From a virus, in IMG/VR virus record IMGVR_UViG_3300013118_000772: 64,000 bases of DNA. One strand, written 5' to 3'. Position 1 is the first letter of the stretch. The number at the start of each line of letters is the position of its first letter. Under the pieces are notes generated by a model. The model was given only the letters and a program-made list of their open reading frames with translations. It did not search any database and was not told the origin of the DNA. Of the stretch, positions 17,768 through 26,674 are shown piece after piece. The translations under genes and the position numbers were made by a program.

Positions 17768-19201
17768 ATGGATTGTGTAAAATATCTGGAACAATTAGAT
17801 AATGAGAGTTCAACAAATAAAAAAATAGAAATTTTAATTAATGGACTTAAAAATAGTAGTGATTTAGAGGAATATTTAAGATTAACATTTGGAGAAAGAA
17901 TATTTAATGTTGCTTCCAAAACTATTTCTAATTCGTTAGATATAAAAAATAAAACTAGTCATTCTGATATAGGATCTAAAATTGAATGGTGGCTAGAAAA
18001 TAAATCTGGTCAATCTAACTTGTTAATATTTTCAGGAATACAAAAAAAGAAAGAATATAAAGAATATAAAGAATTTAAAAATTTACTTAGTGAGTTAGAA
18101 GATATAAGGGGCTTAGATGCTCAGAATTTAATAAGGAACTTCTTCTTGAATTGTAAATCTAAAGATGCAAAATGGTATTCAAGATGTTTAGTTAAAGATC
18201 TTTCATGTGGAATTTTGACAAAAACAATAAATAAAGCTTTTAAAACACTCAACTTAAAAGAAATTGAATCATTTAACGTAGCTTTATATGAAAAGATAGA
18301 CGGATATGATATTAATATAGATTATTCCATCCAAAAAGATAGACTAATTTCAAAATTAAATGAGTCAGTTACAATGCCTATATATGCTGAACCTAAATAT
18401 GATGGAGTTCGATTAATAGTTAGAAACTGTATATTTGGAAGAAATAGAAAAACAGAGGCAATAACAAGAAACGGTAAAAAAATCGAAACTGTATATTTCT
18501 TACAAAGAGAATTCGATAGAGTTTTTGAAGGAATTAAATTAGAACTTGATGGAGAATTAATGGCAAAGGACTTTCAAACATTAATGACTCAGGTACATAG
18601 AAAAAATGATTTAAGTATGACTATGCCAAGACAATATATAGTTTTTGATATTAGGACATATAAGGGTAATGATATAACTTATTTAAGATATGAAGAAAGA
18701 AGAAAGATTTTAGAAGATATATTTAGCAATATTCAATCTGATATAATTTTATTGGTCAAAAATAAAAAACTAGAAAATGCAGAAGATGTATGTGATATTT
18801 ATGAAAAGTCAGTAAAAGCAAAATATGAAGGTATTATGCTAAAGTTTAATGTTCCTTATGAAAAGGAAGATAAACGAAATAACGGAATTAAATTAAAACC
18901 AATTAAAACAGCTGATTTGGAAGTATTTGATTTTGTAAAAGGAGAAAAAGGTAGACATTCTGGAAAAATATCTAGTCTTATGGTAATTGATAAATCAACA
19001 ACAGTCATTAGCAAAGTAGGAAGTGGATTAACGGATGATATAATTGAAAAAATAACTAATGATCCTGATAAATATAAACATACTATTGTAGAAATATGCT
19101 ATGATTCAATTACAAAACCAAATGAAGAAGGTAAAAAAAGTCTAAGATTTCCTAGATTTATATCATTTAGATTTGATAAAAATGAGGCAGATAGCCTTTA
19201 A
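17768..19201 (+). CDS. lig: ATP-dependent DNA ligase
   Basis: Adenylation motif I EPKYDGVR (KxDGxR); 477 aa with a long C-terminal region after the adenylation domain. Confidence 0.8.
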   Translation: MDCVKYLEQLDNESSTNKKIEILINGLKNSSDLEEYLRLTFGERIFNVASKTISNSLDIKNKTSHSDIGSKIEWWLENKSGQSNLLIFSGIQKKKEYKEYKEFKNLLSELEDIRGLDAQNLIRNFFLNCKSKDAKWYSRCLVKDLSCGILTKTINKAFKTLNLKEIESFNVALYEKIDGYDINIDYSIQKDRLISKLNESVTMPIYAEPKYDGVRLIVRNCIFGRNRKTEAITRNGKKIETVYFLQREFDRVFEGIKLELDGELMAKDFQTLMTQVHRKNDLSMTMPRQYIVFDIRTYKGNDITYLRYEERRKILEDIFSNIQSDIILLVKNKKLENAEDVCDIYEKSVKAKYEGIMLKFNVPYEKEDKRNNGIKLKPIKTADLEVFDFVKGEKGRHSGKISSLMVIDKSTTVISKVGSGLTDDIIEKITNDPDKYKHTIVEICYDSITKPNEEGKKSLRFPRFISFRFDKNEADSL

Positions 19202-19215
19202 AGCAAGAGGTAAAA

Positions 19216-19497
19216 ATGGAACAAAACTTAATAAATAATCTTTTAGAAGAAAATAATATATTGGAATGTTATAATCTAGATTATGATTTAATATTGGATT
19301 GGGAAGATAATTATCCACTACTAGTTTTATGGTACATCTTAGAAGAAGACAGTCCTACAGTTAAACTTATTTACAAACATATAGATAATAAATGGACATT
19401 GGTTGGAAGAGAAGTAGATTATACGATAAGCTTATATAAAGAGGTGAAAAAACAAAATGATAGCCGAGGTAGAATACATAGTGAGAAAAAAGATTAA
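19216..19497 (+). CDS. Hypothetical protein (93 aa)
   Basis: ORF in gene-dense co-directional array. Confidence 0.3.
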   Translation: MEQNLINNLLEENNILECYNLDYDLILDWEDNYPLLVLWYILEEDSPTVKLIYKHIDNKWTLVGREVDYTISLYKEVKKQNDSRGRIHSEKKD

Positions 19498-19843
19498 TGT
19501 TGAATGCAATGACTTTAATGACGTATTGCGAGCATTAAGTGAAATGAATTGGGTTGAGGAAGGAAGAGTCTTGCATAGAAAGCCAGAGATTATCCAAAAG
19601 ATAATAATAGATGACGAAATAGCAGAATATAATTCAAGAAAAGAAAAACTGATAATGAAAAAAGAGAAAAAGGAAAATCCATTTAAAAACGAAAAGGAAT
19701 GGATGGAAGAATGGAATAAAAGAACAGAAACAAACAGAAAGGAAAATCTATTATGGTCTTATGATAAATGTAAATTAATAGCAAGACAAAGCATGCCTGA
19801 CTTTCCAAATGAGAAAAGGTATAATTGGGAACCAGAATACTAA
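19457..19843 (+). CDS. Hypothetical protein (128 aa), Lys/Glu-rich
   Basis: ORF in co-directional array, overlaps neighbors at ends. Confidence 0.3.
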   Translation: MIAEVEYIVRKKINVECNDFNDVLRALSEMNWVEEGRVLHRKPEIIQKIIIDDEIAEYNSRKEKLIMKKEKKENPFKNEKEWMEEWNKRTETNRKENLLWSYDKCKLIARQSMPDFPNEKRYNWEPEY

Positions 19844-21420
19844 AAATGAAAAAGGAAAAAAAATTTGATATTGATACTGATAACATAATATCACCTTGGG
19901 AAAAAGCTGAAATTGATAAGGCTAAAAAATTAGAAAAATTGCAAGAAGAATATTTTGAAAGACAGATAAGAGAGAAGGAAGAAAAGAAGAAAAGGAAGAA
20001 ATTATCAGAAACAAAAATTACAAAATCCGAAAAGAAAAAATTAGAAAAAGAAGCAGATGCGATTAAAAAATTATATGTTCTTGATTATTGGATGAGATGT
20101 TTTAAAAGAGTTAGTTATTGCAATGAAATAGCAGGTCAAGCATTATTTCATGTTGCTTTAGGTCAAGCATTAAACAATTTTAAAATTAAATTGGAAGATG
20201 AAAGCGAACTTGATTGGAGATTACATTTTTGTTGGTTGCAAAATAGCGGAGCTGGAAAAGGTCGTGCAATGAACTTTGTAAGCCGAGTCATGAGACATCC
20301 TAACTTTCCAAAATTAGAATTTCAAAAAAATAAATTAATACCACGTAAATATCGTTGTCATAAAGTCGGTAGAATGAACGCCGCGTCATTATTAAATACA
20401 TATCTTATAGGTAAACATGGAGTAATAGAAAAAGATGAAAATAATTTGGAAAAAATTAAATATGGCATAATGGAAAGCAACGACTTTATATTTTCAGAGG
20501 AAGCCAGAATATTACTTGAAGGAGGAAGGGAAAGTATGGAACTTCAGGAAATATTCATGACAGCAATTGAAACATTGGGCACAATCAATAACGAATATAC
20601 AAAGACATTAACTAATTATGAAAAAACACTCACAACCAGATGTACCGCTAGTTTTGCTCTTACAACAAGACCTTTTGGAAAGATTAAAAAGACATTAGTA
20701 GAAAGTGGAATGATACCGAGATTTATATTCTATGCTAGACGACTAACTTTTGAAGACAGACTTGAAATGAATAAAATGTCAAGCTTTGCATTTAAAACAA
20801 AAAAGGATGATATGCCTTTTACTCATGATTTAAATGAATTAATAGGAAAATTAAACGAAGTAGTCAAATTTGCCAATTCTAATTACATAGATTTTGATCA
20901 GGATAAAATAGATGATTTATTATCATATTTACATGAAAAAATGCAATGGTTTACAATGGATATTGAGAATACTATTCCTTCTCAGGATAATAGGGATATA
21001 TTGCAAACCTTTGTAAGTAGATATAAGGAAAATATGGTTAAAATGGCTCACCATTCAGCTGTAATGAGATTAAGTAAACTTGTAGAAAAGCAAGACCTTC
21101 AATACGCTTTTGATTTCTTTGATAAATTATATGAAAGTCAAAAAATATGGGTTGGATTAACTATAAAAGAAGAATGGGAATCAAGAAAAGAAGATTTAGA
21201 TATGATAAATGAAATAGAAAAAATAATCAAAAAAGATCTTAATGAGATATTAGAAAAGAAGGAATTAGTAAAGCTATTGGCTAAGAAATTTAATAAAAGT
21301 GTTAATACTATGTATCATCATTTAAATAAATATCAAAAGGGCGGAAATCCTTTAATAAAAGAGGTGAAGATAAAAGGAGATGATGGAAAAAGTCGTTCTA
21401 TCATCAAACTTGTAGATTAA
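19825..21420 (+). CDS. Divergent MCM-like AAA+ helicase
   Basis: Degenerate Walker A NSGAGKGRAMNFV (vs MCM GDPGTAKSQ), sensor-1 like TTRCTASFALTTRP (vs NARCSVLAAANP), arginine-finger like IPRFIF (vs SRFDLIF), EIFMTAIE (vs AIHEAMEQ). Confidence 0.45.
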   Translation: MGTRILKMKKEKKFDIDTDNIISPWEKAEIDKAKKLEKLQEEYFERQIREKEEKKKRKKLSETKITKSEKKKLEKEADAIKKLYVLDYWMRCFKRVSYCNEIAGQALFHVALGQALNNFKIKLEDESELDWRLHFCWLQNSGAGKGRAMNFVSRVMRHPNFPKLEFQKNKLIPRKYRCHKVGRMNAASLLNTYLIGKHGVIEKDENNLEKIKYGIMESNDFIFSEEARILLEGGRESMELQEIFMTAIETLGTINNEYTKTLTNYEKTLTTRCTASFALTTRPFGKIKKTLVESGMIPRFIFYARRLTFEDRLEMNKMSSFAFKTKKDDMPFTHDLNELIGKLNEVVKFANSNYIDFDQDKIDDLLSYLHEKMQWFTMDIENTIPSQDNRDILQTFVSRYKENMVKMAHHSAVMRLSKLVEKQDLQYAFDFFDKLYESQKIWVGLTIKEEWESRKEDLDMINEIEKIIKKDLNEILEKKELVKLLAKKFNKSVNTMYHHLNKYQKGGNPLIKEVKIKGDDGKSRSIIKLVD

Positions 21421-21422
21421 AA

Positions 21423-21893
21423 ATGGATGAGAAAAAAACATTAATTGACAGAATAACAGAATATGGATTTCTTTTTATTGTAGGAGCAATATTAATAATA
21501 ATAATTATTTCTTCATATAATTCATATTTCAACTATTGTAAAAACAATCCATTATCTGATAAATGTGAATGTGCAGAATATAAAAATATATTTATTACAA
21601 ATAACACTAGAAGAACTGAACATTGTTTTGGATTTCCTTCTGAGTTATATACTGAAGAAGAATTTTCAAAATATGCTCAGGATATAGAAGTAAATGCATA
21701 TAATAATGCTAATATATCAGATCATGGAATATTTTATAGATATATATTTAATTATGAGGATACAGCATATTTTTGCGTGGCTTTTACAGGAGATGTAATT
21801 AATATAACCTTTATGAATCAAACAGCTTCTCATGTTAACCATACATCTATGCTTGATAAAGTAAAAACTTGCGTTAAAATAAGGAGGAAATAA
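21423..21893 (+). CDS. Hypothetical membrane protein (156 aa)
   Basis: N-terminal TM helix; several NxT/S sequons. Confidence 0.35.
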   Translation: MDEKKTLIDRITEYGFLFIVGAILIIIIISSYNSYFNYCKNNPLSDKCECAEYKNIFITNNTRRTEHCFGFPSELYTEEEFSKYAQDIEVNAYNNANISDHGIFYRYIFNYEDTAYFCVAFTGDVINITFMNQTASHVNHTSMLDKVKTCVKIRRK

Positions 21894-21895
21894 AA

Positions 21896-22381
21896 ATGTT
21901 ATTACTAGATGACGATAAAATGTTAATATATTTACTTTGCGCTTTAATAGTTATTAATGTTATATTAGGAGCTATATTATCTATCAGAATAGCTAATTTA
22001 GGCGGTCCTGATGAAATACAATTAAATGTTAACCATAGAATAGATCCTCCTGACGAATTTCAAGGAATAAAAATTAACGATTTTATGATAGTTTCACAGA
22101 GATATGCAGAAACACATACATATGATATCAATGAATTTAATTGTGTTAATTACTCAGCAGGAATAAAAATGATTGCAGATGAACTTGATTTACCGGTAAG
22201 AATTATACAAGGATGTCCTTATAATGTAACGAAAAACAACACATGTCATCAATGGGTTCAATTTTTATTAGATGTTGAACCTCAAAATGCATACTCACCT
22301 AATTATGACGATAAATATCCTATCCAAAAAGTAATAATTGATTTTGATGAAAAAATTAAAGATTTTGATAAAAATGACTGA
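21896..22381 (+). CDS. Hypothetical membrane protein (161 aa)
   Basis: N-terminal TM helix. Confidence 0.35.
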   Translation: MLLLDDDKMLIYLLCALIVINVILGAILSIRIANLGGPDEIQLNVNHRIDPPDEFQGIKINDFMIVSQRYAETHTYDINEFNCVNYSAGIKMIADELDLPVRIIQGCPYNVTKNNTCHQWVQFLLDVEPQNAYSPNYDDKYPIQKVIIDFDEKIKDFDKND

Positions 22382-22580
22382 TATAATAGAAGAAATTTTA
22401 ATGAGTAAAACTCATAATTTAAATGAAATTGACGAAATTTTTGATAAATATAAAACGGGTCTTTGTGATTTTGGAGTGATTATTATCGATCAAAATATGC
22501 GTTATGTTTTAAGATTAAAAGGAGATAGTTTAACCGAATATGAATTCTTCTTTTCTTATGATTTATCATCATTAATTTAA
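22338..22580 (+). CDS. Hypothetical protein (80 aa)
   Basis: ORF overlapping the 3' end of upstream gene. Confidence 0.25.
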   Translation: MILMKKLKILIKMTDIIEEILMSKTHNLNEIDEIFDKYKTGLCDFGVIIIDQNMRYVLRLKGDSLTEYEFFFSYDLSSLI

Positions 22581-22610
22581 TATTTTAATAAACTAATATG
22601 ATAATAATGA

Positions 22611-22726
22611 TTTTTTAAAATATTTTTAAACTTTTTAAAAACATTTTAAAAACGTCATAAAATAGCTGTTTTTAGACGAATTATTTTTTAAAATGTTTTT
22701 AAAAAGTTTAAAAATATTTTAAAAAA
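22611..22726. repeat. 42-bp perfect inverted repeat (22611-22652 / 22685-22726) around a 32-nt loop
   Basis: Arms TTTTTTAAAATATTTTTAAACTTTTTAAAAACATTTTAAAAA and its exact reverse complement; loop carries AAAATAGCTGTTTTT, which recurs at 22866-22880. Confidence 0.8.
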
Positions 22727-22894
22727 GCCAAAAAACCCCTGTTTCTACTATAGCAAAAATTTATGATTTTTATATATGAAAATTTTTTAAAATGTATTAA
22801 AAACATTTTAAAATATATATTAAATTTTTTAAAAATTCATTAAAAACTGTCTACTATTTTTAAAAAAAATAGCTGTTTTTGCCATTTTTAGCGG

Positions 22895-22920
22895 TTGAGG
22901 TCATGACCTCGGCTTTTTTT
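22895..22920 (+). terminator. Palindrome TTGAGGTCATGACCTC followed by T7 run (hairpin plus U-tract; possible terminator or protein-binding palindrome)
   Basis: GAGGTCATGACCTC is a perfect 14-bp palindrome at 22897-22910; TTTTTTT at 22914-22920. Confidence 0.4.
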
Positions 22921-23240
22921 ATTTTTACCAAAATTTTTAAAATTTTTTAAAATTTAAAACCGAATTTTAAAAAATTTTTCATATATAAGTTATATATGAA
23001 AATCATTGATTTTTAAAATTTAAAATTTAAAAATAATTCCCAAAATCCCTTATAAAGACCTTGATTTCACGTGGAACACTGCTGGGGGTCAACCTTTTTT
23101 AATTTTTAATTTTAAAAATTATTTTTTATTAATTTATTATCATATATGACATTATAAAATTTTAAAAAAATAAATAAATAATTATAATAGAATATATATT
23201 TTAAAAAAATATAGAAATCATTAAAAACAATGAAATTTAA

Positions 23241-23255
23241 TTGAGGTCATGACCT
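23241..23255. repeat. Second copy of 15-bp palindromic motif TTGAGGTCATGACCT
   Basis: Identical to 22895-22909; located 346 bp downstream, just upstream of a box-A-like TTTAAATA. Confidence 0.6.
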
Positions 23256-23269
23256 AACACCAAAAAATA

Positions 23270-23277
23270 TTTAAATA
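23270..23277 (+). promoter_or_regulatory. Archaeal box A-like TATA element TTTAAATA
   Basis: Matches TTTAWATA consensus; 38 bp upstream of the small ORF starting at 23315. Confidence 0.35.
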
Positions 23278-23314
23278 AACTAATATTTTAATAAATATAA
23301 TAAATAAATTAAAA

Positions 23315-23494
23315 ATGAGAATAATAGACCTTTATGATTTGGAAAGAAAAACTGTCCAATCAGAGAAATTTAAAAAAGGATTAATGGCAGATATAGAAAG
23401 TGTAGCTAAAGTTCAATTTGAAGATAATAAATTTGATAAATTTATAGTTAAATTTAGATTAGAAAAAATTGAAAAACCTGAGGGATATTTTTAA
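23315..23494 (+). CDS. Hypothetical small protein (59 aa)
   Basis: Manual translation MRIIDLYDLERKTVQSEKFKKGLMADIESVAKVQFEDNKFDKFIVKFRLEKIEKPEGYF; first ORF after the repeat region. Confidence 0.25.
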   Translation: MRIIDLYDLERKTVQSEKFKKGLMADIESVAKVQFEDNKFDKFIVKFRLEKIEKPEGYF

Positions 23495-23495
23495 A

Positions 23496-23831
23496 ATGAT
23501 AAAAGAAATCAAATGGAAATGGTTATTATTAAAAACAAGGTTAGGATTATCTAAAATAGATTATATGGATAAATATATGAAAAAGAACTACTGTAGATTT
23601 GGTATACATAATATTAGAAATTCAAATATCTCTTTTGGAGGATTGGGTCAACGGATGAAACATATTAAGTTTATTAGATGTAAACATTGTAAGTATTTAT
23701 TTTTTGCTAAAAAGTCAGACAAAGAAAGATATGAAAAATATCAAGAAAAGACTAAAGGAACATACTCTGCTTTATTTACTAGTCCTTCGAGTGGAAAACT
23801 GGAACACCGTAAGCCGTCGGTAGACAAGTAA
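23496..23831 (+). CDS. Basic zinc-finger protein
   Basis: CRFG...CKHCKY; ORF-track TTG start at 23469 is probably an over-extension; ATG at 23496 (MIKEIKW) follows the stop of the preceding small ORF. Confidence 0.35.
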   Translation: MIKEIKWKWLLLKTRLGLSKIDYMDKYMKKNYCRFGIHNIRNSNISFGGLGQRMKHIKFIRCKHCKYLFFAKKSDKERYEKYQEKTKGTYSALFTSPSSGKLEHRKPSVDK

Positions 23832-23891
23832 CTTAGAGATATTCCGGTCAGATTAGTGGTATTTTAAATAGTAAATACAGAGGTAAAAGAA

Positions 23892-24113
23892 ATGGTACAA
23901 ATATCAGTTAAAAATAATACATATGTGGATTTAAATATTCTAAGAACGGATGGAGTGGTTGCAAGGGAAGGTCAGACCGTATCTTGGGATGCTGTAATAT
24001 CATCGCTTATTCAAGTAGCTCAAAAAAATAAGGAAGATTATTTAGAAGTAATAAAAACCAAATTGGATAAAGGTGAAGAAAAGCTAAAGTCGGAGGAAAA
24101 GAAAAATGAATGA
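23892..24113 (+). CDS. Hypothetical protein (73 aa)
   Basis: SD GAGGT upstream; ORF. Confidence 0.3.
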   Translation: MVQISVKNNTYVDLNILRTDGVVAREGQTVSWDAVISSLIQVAQKNKEDYLEVIKTKLDKGEEKLKSEEKKNE

Positions 24114-24303
24114 AGCTATTAAATTAGAGGTTATTGTAAAAGAAAAAGACGGACATAAACTAGAATTTGAAACTGAATTAGATAATCAAGTTATTGTTTT
24201 AAAATTAGATAATAATGAAATATGTCGTTTAGATTGGTCAAGCCTTCGAGAGGGGGTAGATAGAATGAAAGAAATCTGGCCTAAGAAAGAAACTAAAAAA
24301 TAA
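24106..24303 (+). CDS. Hypothetical protein (65 aa)
   Basis: ATGA start-stop overlap with upstream ORF. Confidence 0.3.
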   Translation: MNEAIKLEVIVKEKDGHKLEFETELDNQVIVLKLDNNEICRLDWSSLREGVDRMKEIWPKKETKK

Positions 24304-24429
24304 ATTCATGCTAGCCATTACCGGGAAGCTTGGCGAGGTGACAGTTGGTGGCTATACTACTGGATTACTGAGCTTCCCAATTTTAATAAGAGGTAAAAGA
24401 ATACACAGAAATATTGGAGCCAATAAAAA

Positions 24430-24780
24430 ATGACTAAGAAAAAGGTTAAACCTATTTTGCTAAAAACTAAAAAAAGTTCTAATAAAAAAGGACCAATCTC
24501 TAAGTTTTTTGATATGACAGTTTATGAATTTTTGGTAGAGTTAATATTATTTATTATTGTATTGACTATTTCATCATTATTATATTATTTTACAATATTT
24601 ATGCTTGGATTTATTACTTTGTTCCTTCTTTGGTTTTTTGGAAATTCAAATATGGGGATAAATTTATTTCTTTTCGATGATGTTAATATATTTAATATAA
24701 CTAACATTATTAGAGTTGCTATGTTTTTAATTATATTTGTAAAAGTTTTACTCAAAATAAAAGGTGATAAAAATAATTAA
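24430..24780 (+). CDS. Hypothetical membrane protein (116 aa, 2-3 TM)
   Basis: Hydrophobic helices; basic N-terminus. Confidence 0.35.
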   Translation: MTKKKVKPILLKTKKSSNKKGPISKFFDMTVYEFLVELILFIIVLTISSLLYYFTIFMLGFITLFLLWFFGNSNMGINLFLFDDVNIFNITNIIRVAMFLIIFVKVLLKIKGDKNN

Positions 24781-25495
24781 CTCAATGGCTAAAGGAAAAG
24801 GATATGAACGCGAAATAGTTAATAAACTTAAAGAAGGATTTAAAATACCCTTTCATAGAGTTCCGATGTCGGGTGGTTTCCAAACTATTCAAAATACTAC
24901 CGACTCTAGATTTTCAGGAGATGTTTTTACTGAGGATAAAGAGTTTAATGATAAATATGACGTTGTAATAGAATGTAAAAAAATAGGATATGTTTTAGAT
25001 GTTGAAAGTATAGCTTTAGCAAATCAAGAAAAGAAAAATTGTACTATATATGGTTGGATTAAACAATGTAAAAGAGAATCAAATGATAAGAATTTTTGGT
25101 TAATATTCTCATGGAATAGATTAAAATGTGATATTATTATTAGGGGATTAAATTTAGGTGGTGGGGATTGGCATATCTTCCCACCATTAACTCTTAAATA
25201 TTTTATAAGTAAAGAATTAGAAAAAGATTTTGGTGATAGAAAAAGCGTATTTATTAATAAGATAGATGATGTAGATGATGTCAATGATGAGGTAAGAAAA
25301 AACTTTGAACAAAAACATGGAATGTCTATGAAGAATTATTTTAAAGCCAATAAATTTATATATAGAGCTAAATATAGTTTATTAAATGAAATATCTAATA
25401 AGAGAAGTGAATGGATAGAGGAAAATAAAAAGTTAATAGGTCTTACTGAATTTGTATGGTTCCATATTATGAGTAAAGAAGAAAGGGAAAAATAA
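24764..25495 (+). CDS. hjc: Holliday junction resolvase Hjc-like nuclease with C-terminal extension
   Basis: N-terminal KGKGYEREIVNKL...GF...RVPMSGG...SGDVF...YDVVIECKK follows the Hjc G-x-ER / SG / D / E-x-K pattern; 243 aa vs about 130-140 for canonical Hjc. Confidence 0.5.
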   Translation: MIKIINSMAKGKGYEREIVNKLKEGFKIPFHRVPMSGGFQTIQNTTDSRFSGDVFTEDKEFNDKYDVVIECKKIGYVLDVESIALANQEKKNCTIYGWIKQCKRESNDKNFWLIFSWNRLKCDIIIRGLNLGGGDWHIFPPLTLKYFISKELEKDFGDRKSVFINKIDDVDDVNDEVRKNFEQKHGMSMKNYFKANKFIYRAKYSLLNEISNKRSEWIEENKKLIGLTEFVWFHIMSKEEREK

Positions 25496-25535
25496 AAACT
25501 TAAAATTTTACAGTCCTTAATTGGATAAATAAATT

Positions 25536-26630
25536 ATGGAGGTAAAGGAAATGAAAAAGATAATTGGAATTCTATTGGCATTAATGACAGTAATGCCAAT
25601 GGCTTTAGCTGGACCGTGGGTTTCCATAGGATTAATTGGAACTGAAGGCCTAAGTTATGAAGAGGAAAAATTCAAACCATACATCTTTTTGAACACCAAT
25701 GGTGGAAGAGAATTATTTGACGACCCATACGGTTTCTATGAGAATGGAAACATTGAGTCAAGACCAAATAGCTATGCTTTCACAGGAGAGCAAGTTCAAT
25801 GGACAGTTTTGGTTTGGGATAAAAACGGTGTGGAAAAAGTGAGTGATGTTTGGGCAGGATGGGTAGATCAAGTCAATGGTCCATTAGATCCAGAAAAACA
25901 AGTTAATTGTTGGGTGGATACATTATGTGCAGACGGAGATGACCTAACTACTTGTGGATATCCAAACGTTAGAAGAGATGGGGATCAAGAACCTCAATCA
26001 ACCTTTAACTCAGATACTATGCAAGAGTATGTATGTACTCTTACTATAGAAGAGAGTTGCCATGGTCAGAAATGGGTAGGTGTAAAGGTAGAAGATTTGG
26101 ATGAATTAACAGACACTATGAACGAAGCAGAAAGCTGGTTTTGTAACCCAGTTCTTGATCTATATGTAAGTGGATCAATTGACTTTGGAACACTTGGACC
26201 TGGAGAACAAGCATCATCTTCATTTAGTATTGAAAATGCAGCGGAAGCAGGTAGTGGTGCTATGGTTGTAGTTGCTATTTCAGGCAAAGACTTCTATGAT
26301 CCAACATCAAGTGGTGCAAAATGTCCTTCAACAAACGTATTAGATATGCAAGGAGATGGACTTGACTTTAGTACAGGATTCTGGTACAGTGCGGTTCAAG
26401 GTGTCAATAGTGTTGGACCAAAAAGAATCCCTTATCAAGGAGCAAGTAGCATTCAAGACGCAGATCCAATCTTTAGTACCAGCAATGGACTAACACCGAA
26501 ATGGACGGGAACTTTAAATACAATGTCACCTGGCAGTGAAATGTCAATGACATTAAACCTTGGAATCCCTCAACCATGTAACGGTCAGTTCACAGATGGA
26601 CAGATCTACTTGTATGCTTGGGCAGTATAA
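25536..26630 (+). CDS. Secreted structural protein (candidate major virion protein)
   Basis: Signal peptide MKKIIGILLALMTVMPMALAG; GC-richer coding; strong SD GGAGGT; followed by a T-rich tract. Confidence 0.45.
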   Translation: MEVKEMKKIIGILLALMTVMPMALAGPWVSIGLIGTEGLSYEEEKFKPYIFLNTNGGRELFDDPYGFYENGNIESRPNSYAFTGEQVQWTVLVWDKNGVEKVSDVWAGWVDQVNGPLDPEKQVNCWVDTLCADGDDLTTCGYPNVRRDGDQEPQSTFNSDTMQEYVCTLTIEESCHGQKWVGVKVEDLDELTDTMNEAESWFCNPVLDLYVSGSIDFGTLGPGEQASSSFSIENAAEAGSGAMVVVAISGKDFYDPTSSGAKCPSTNVLDMQGDGLDFSTGFWYSAVQGVNSVGPKRIPYQGASSIQDADPIFSTSNGLTPKWTGTLNTMSPGSEMSMTLNLGIPQPCNGQFTDGQIYLYAWAV

Positions 26631-26665
26631 ATAAATAATTTTTTATTTTTTTATTTTTTAATTAA
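26631..26665 (+). terminator. T-rich tract (archaeal-type terminator candidate)
   Basis: ATAAATAATTTTTTATTTTTTTATTTTTTAATTAA immediately after stop codon. Confidence 0.4.
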
Positions 26666-26674
26666 AGAGGAAAA

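Noticed and set aside
22897-22920. Calling the GAGGTCATGACCTC+T7 element a bacterial-type intrinsic terminator
   Set aside because: Hairpin-plus-U-tract terminators are a bacterial paradigm; in archaea U-tracts alone usually suffice. The palindrome recurs without a T-tract at 23241-23255, so a protein-binding site is at least as likely. Kept as an ambiguous feature.
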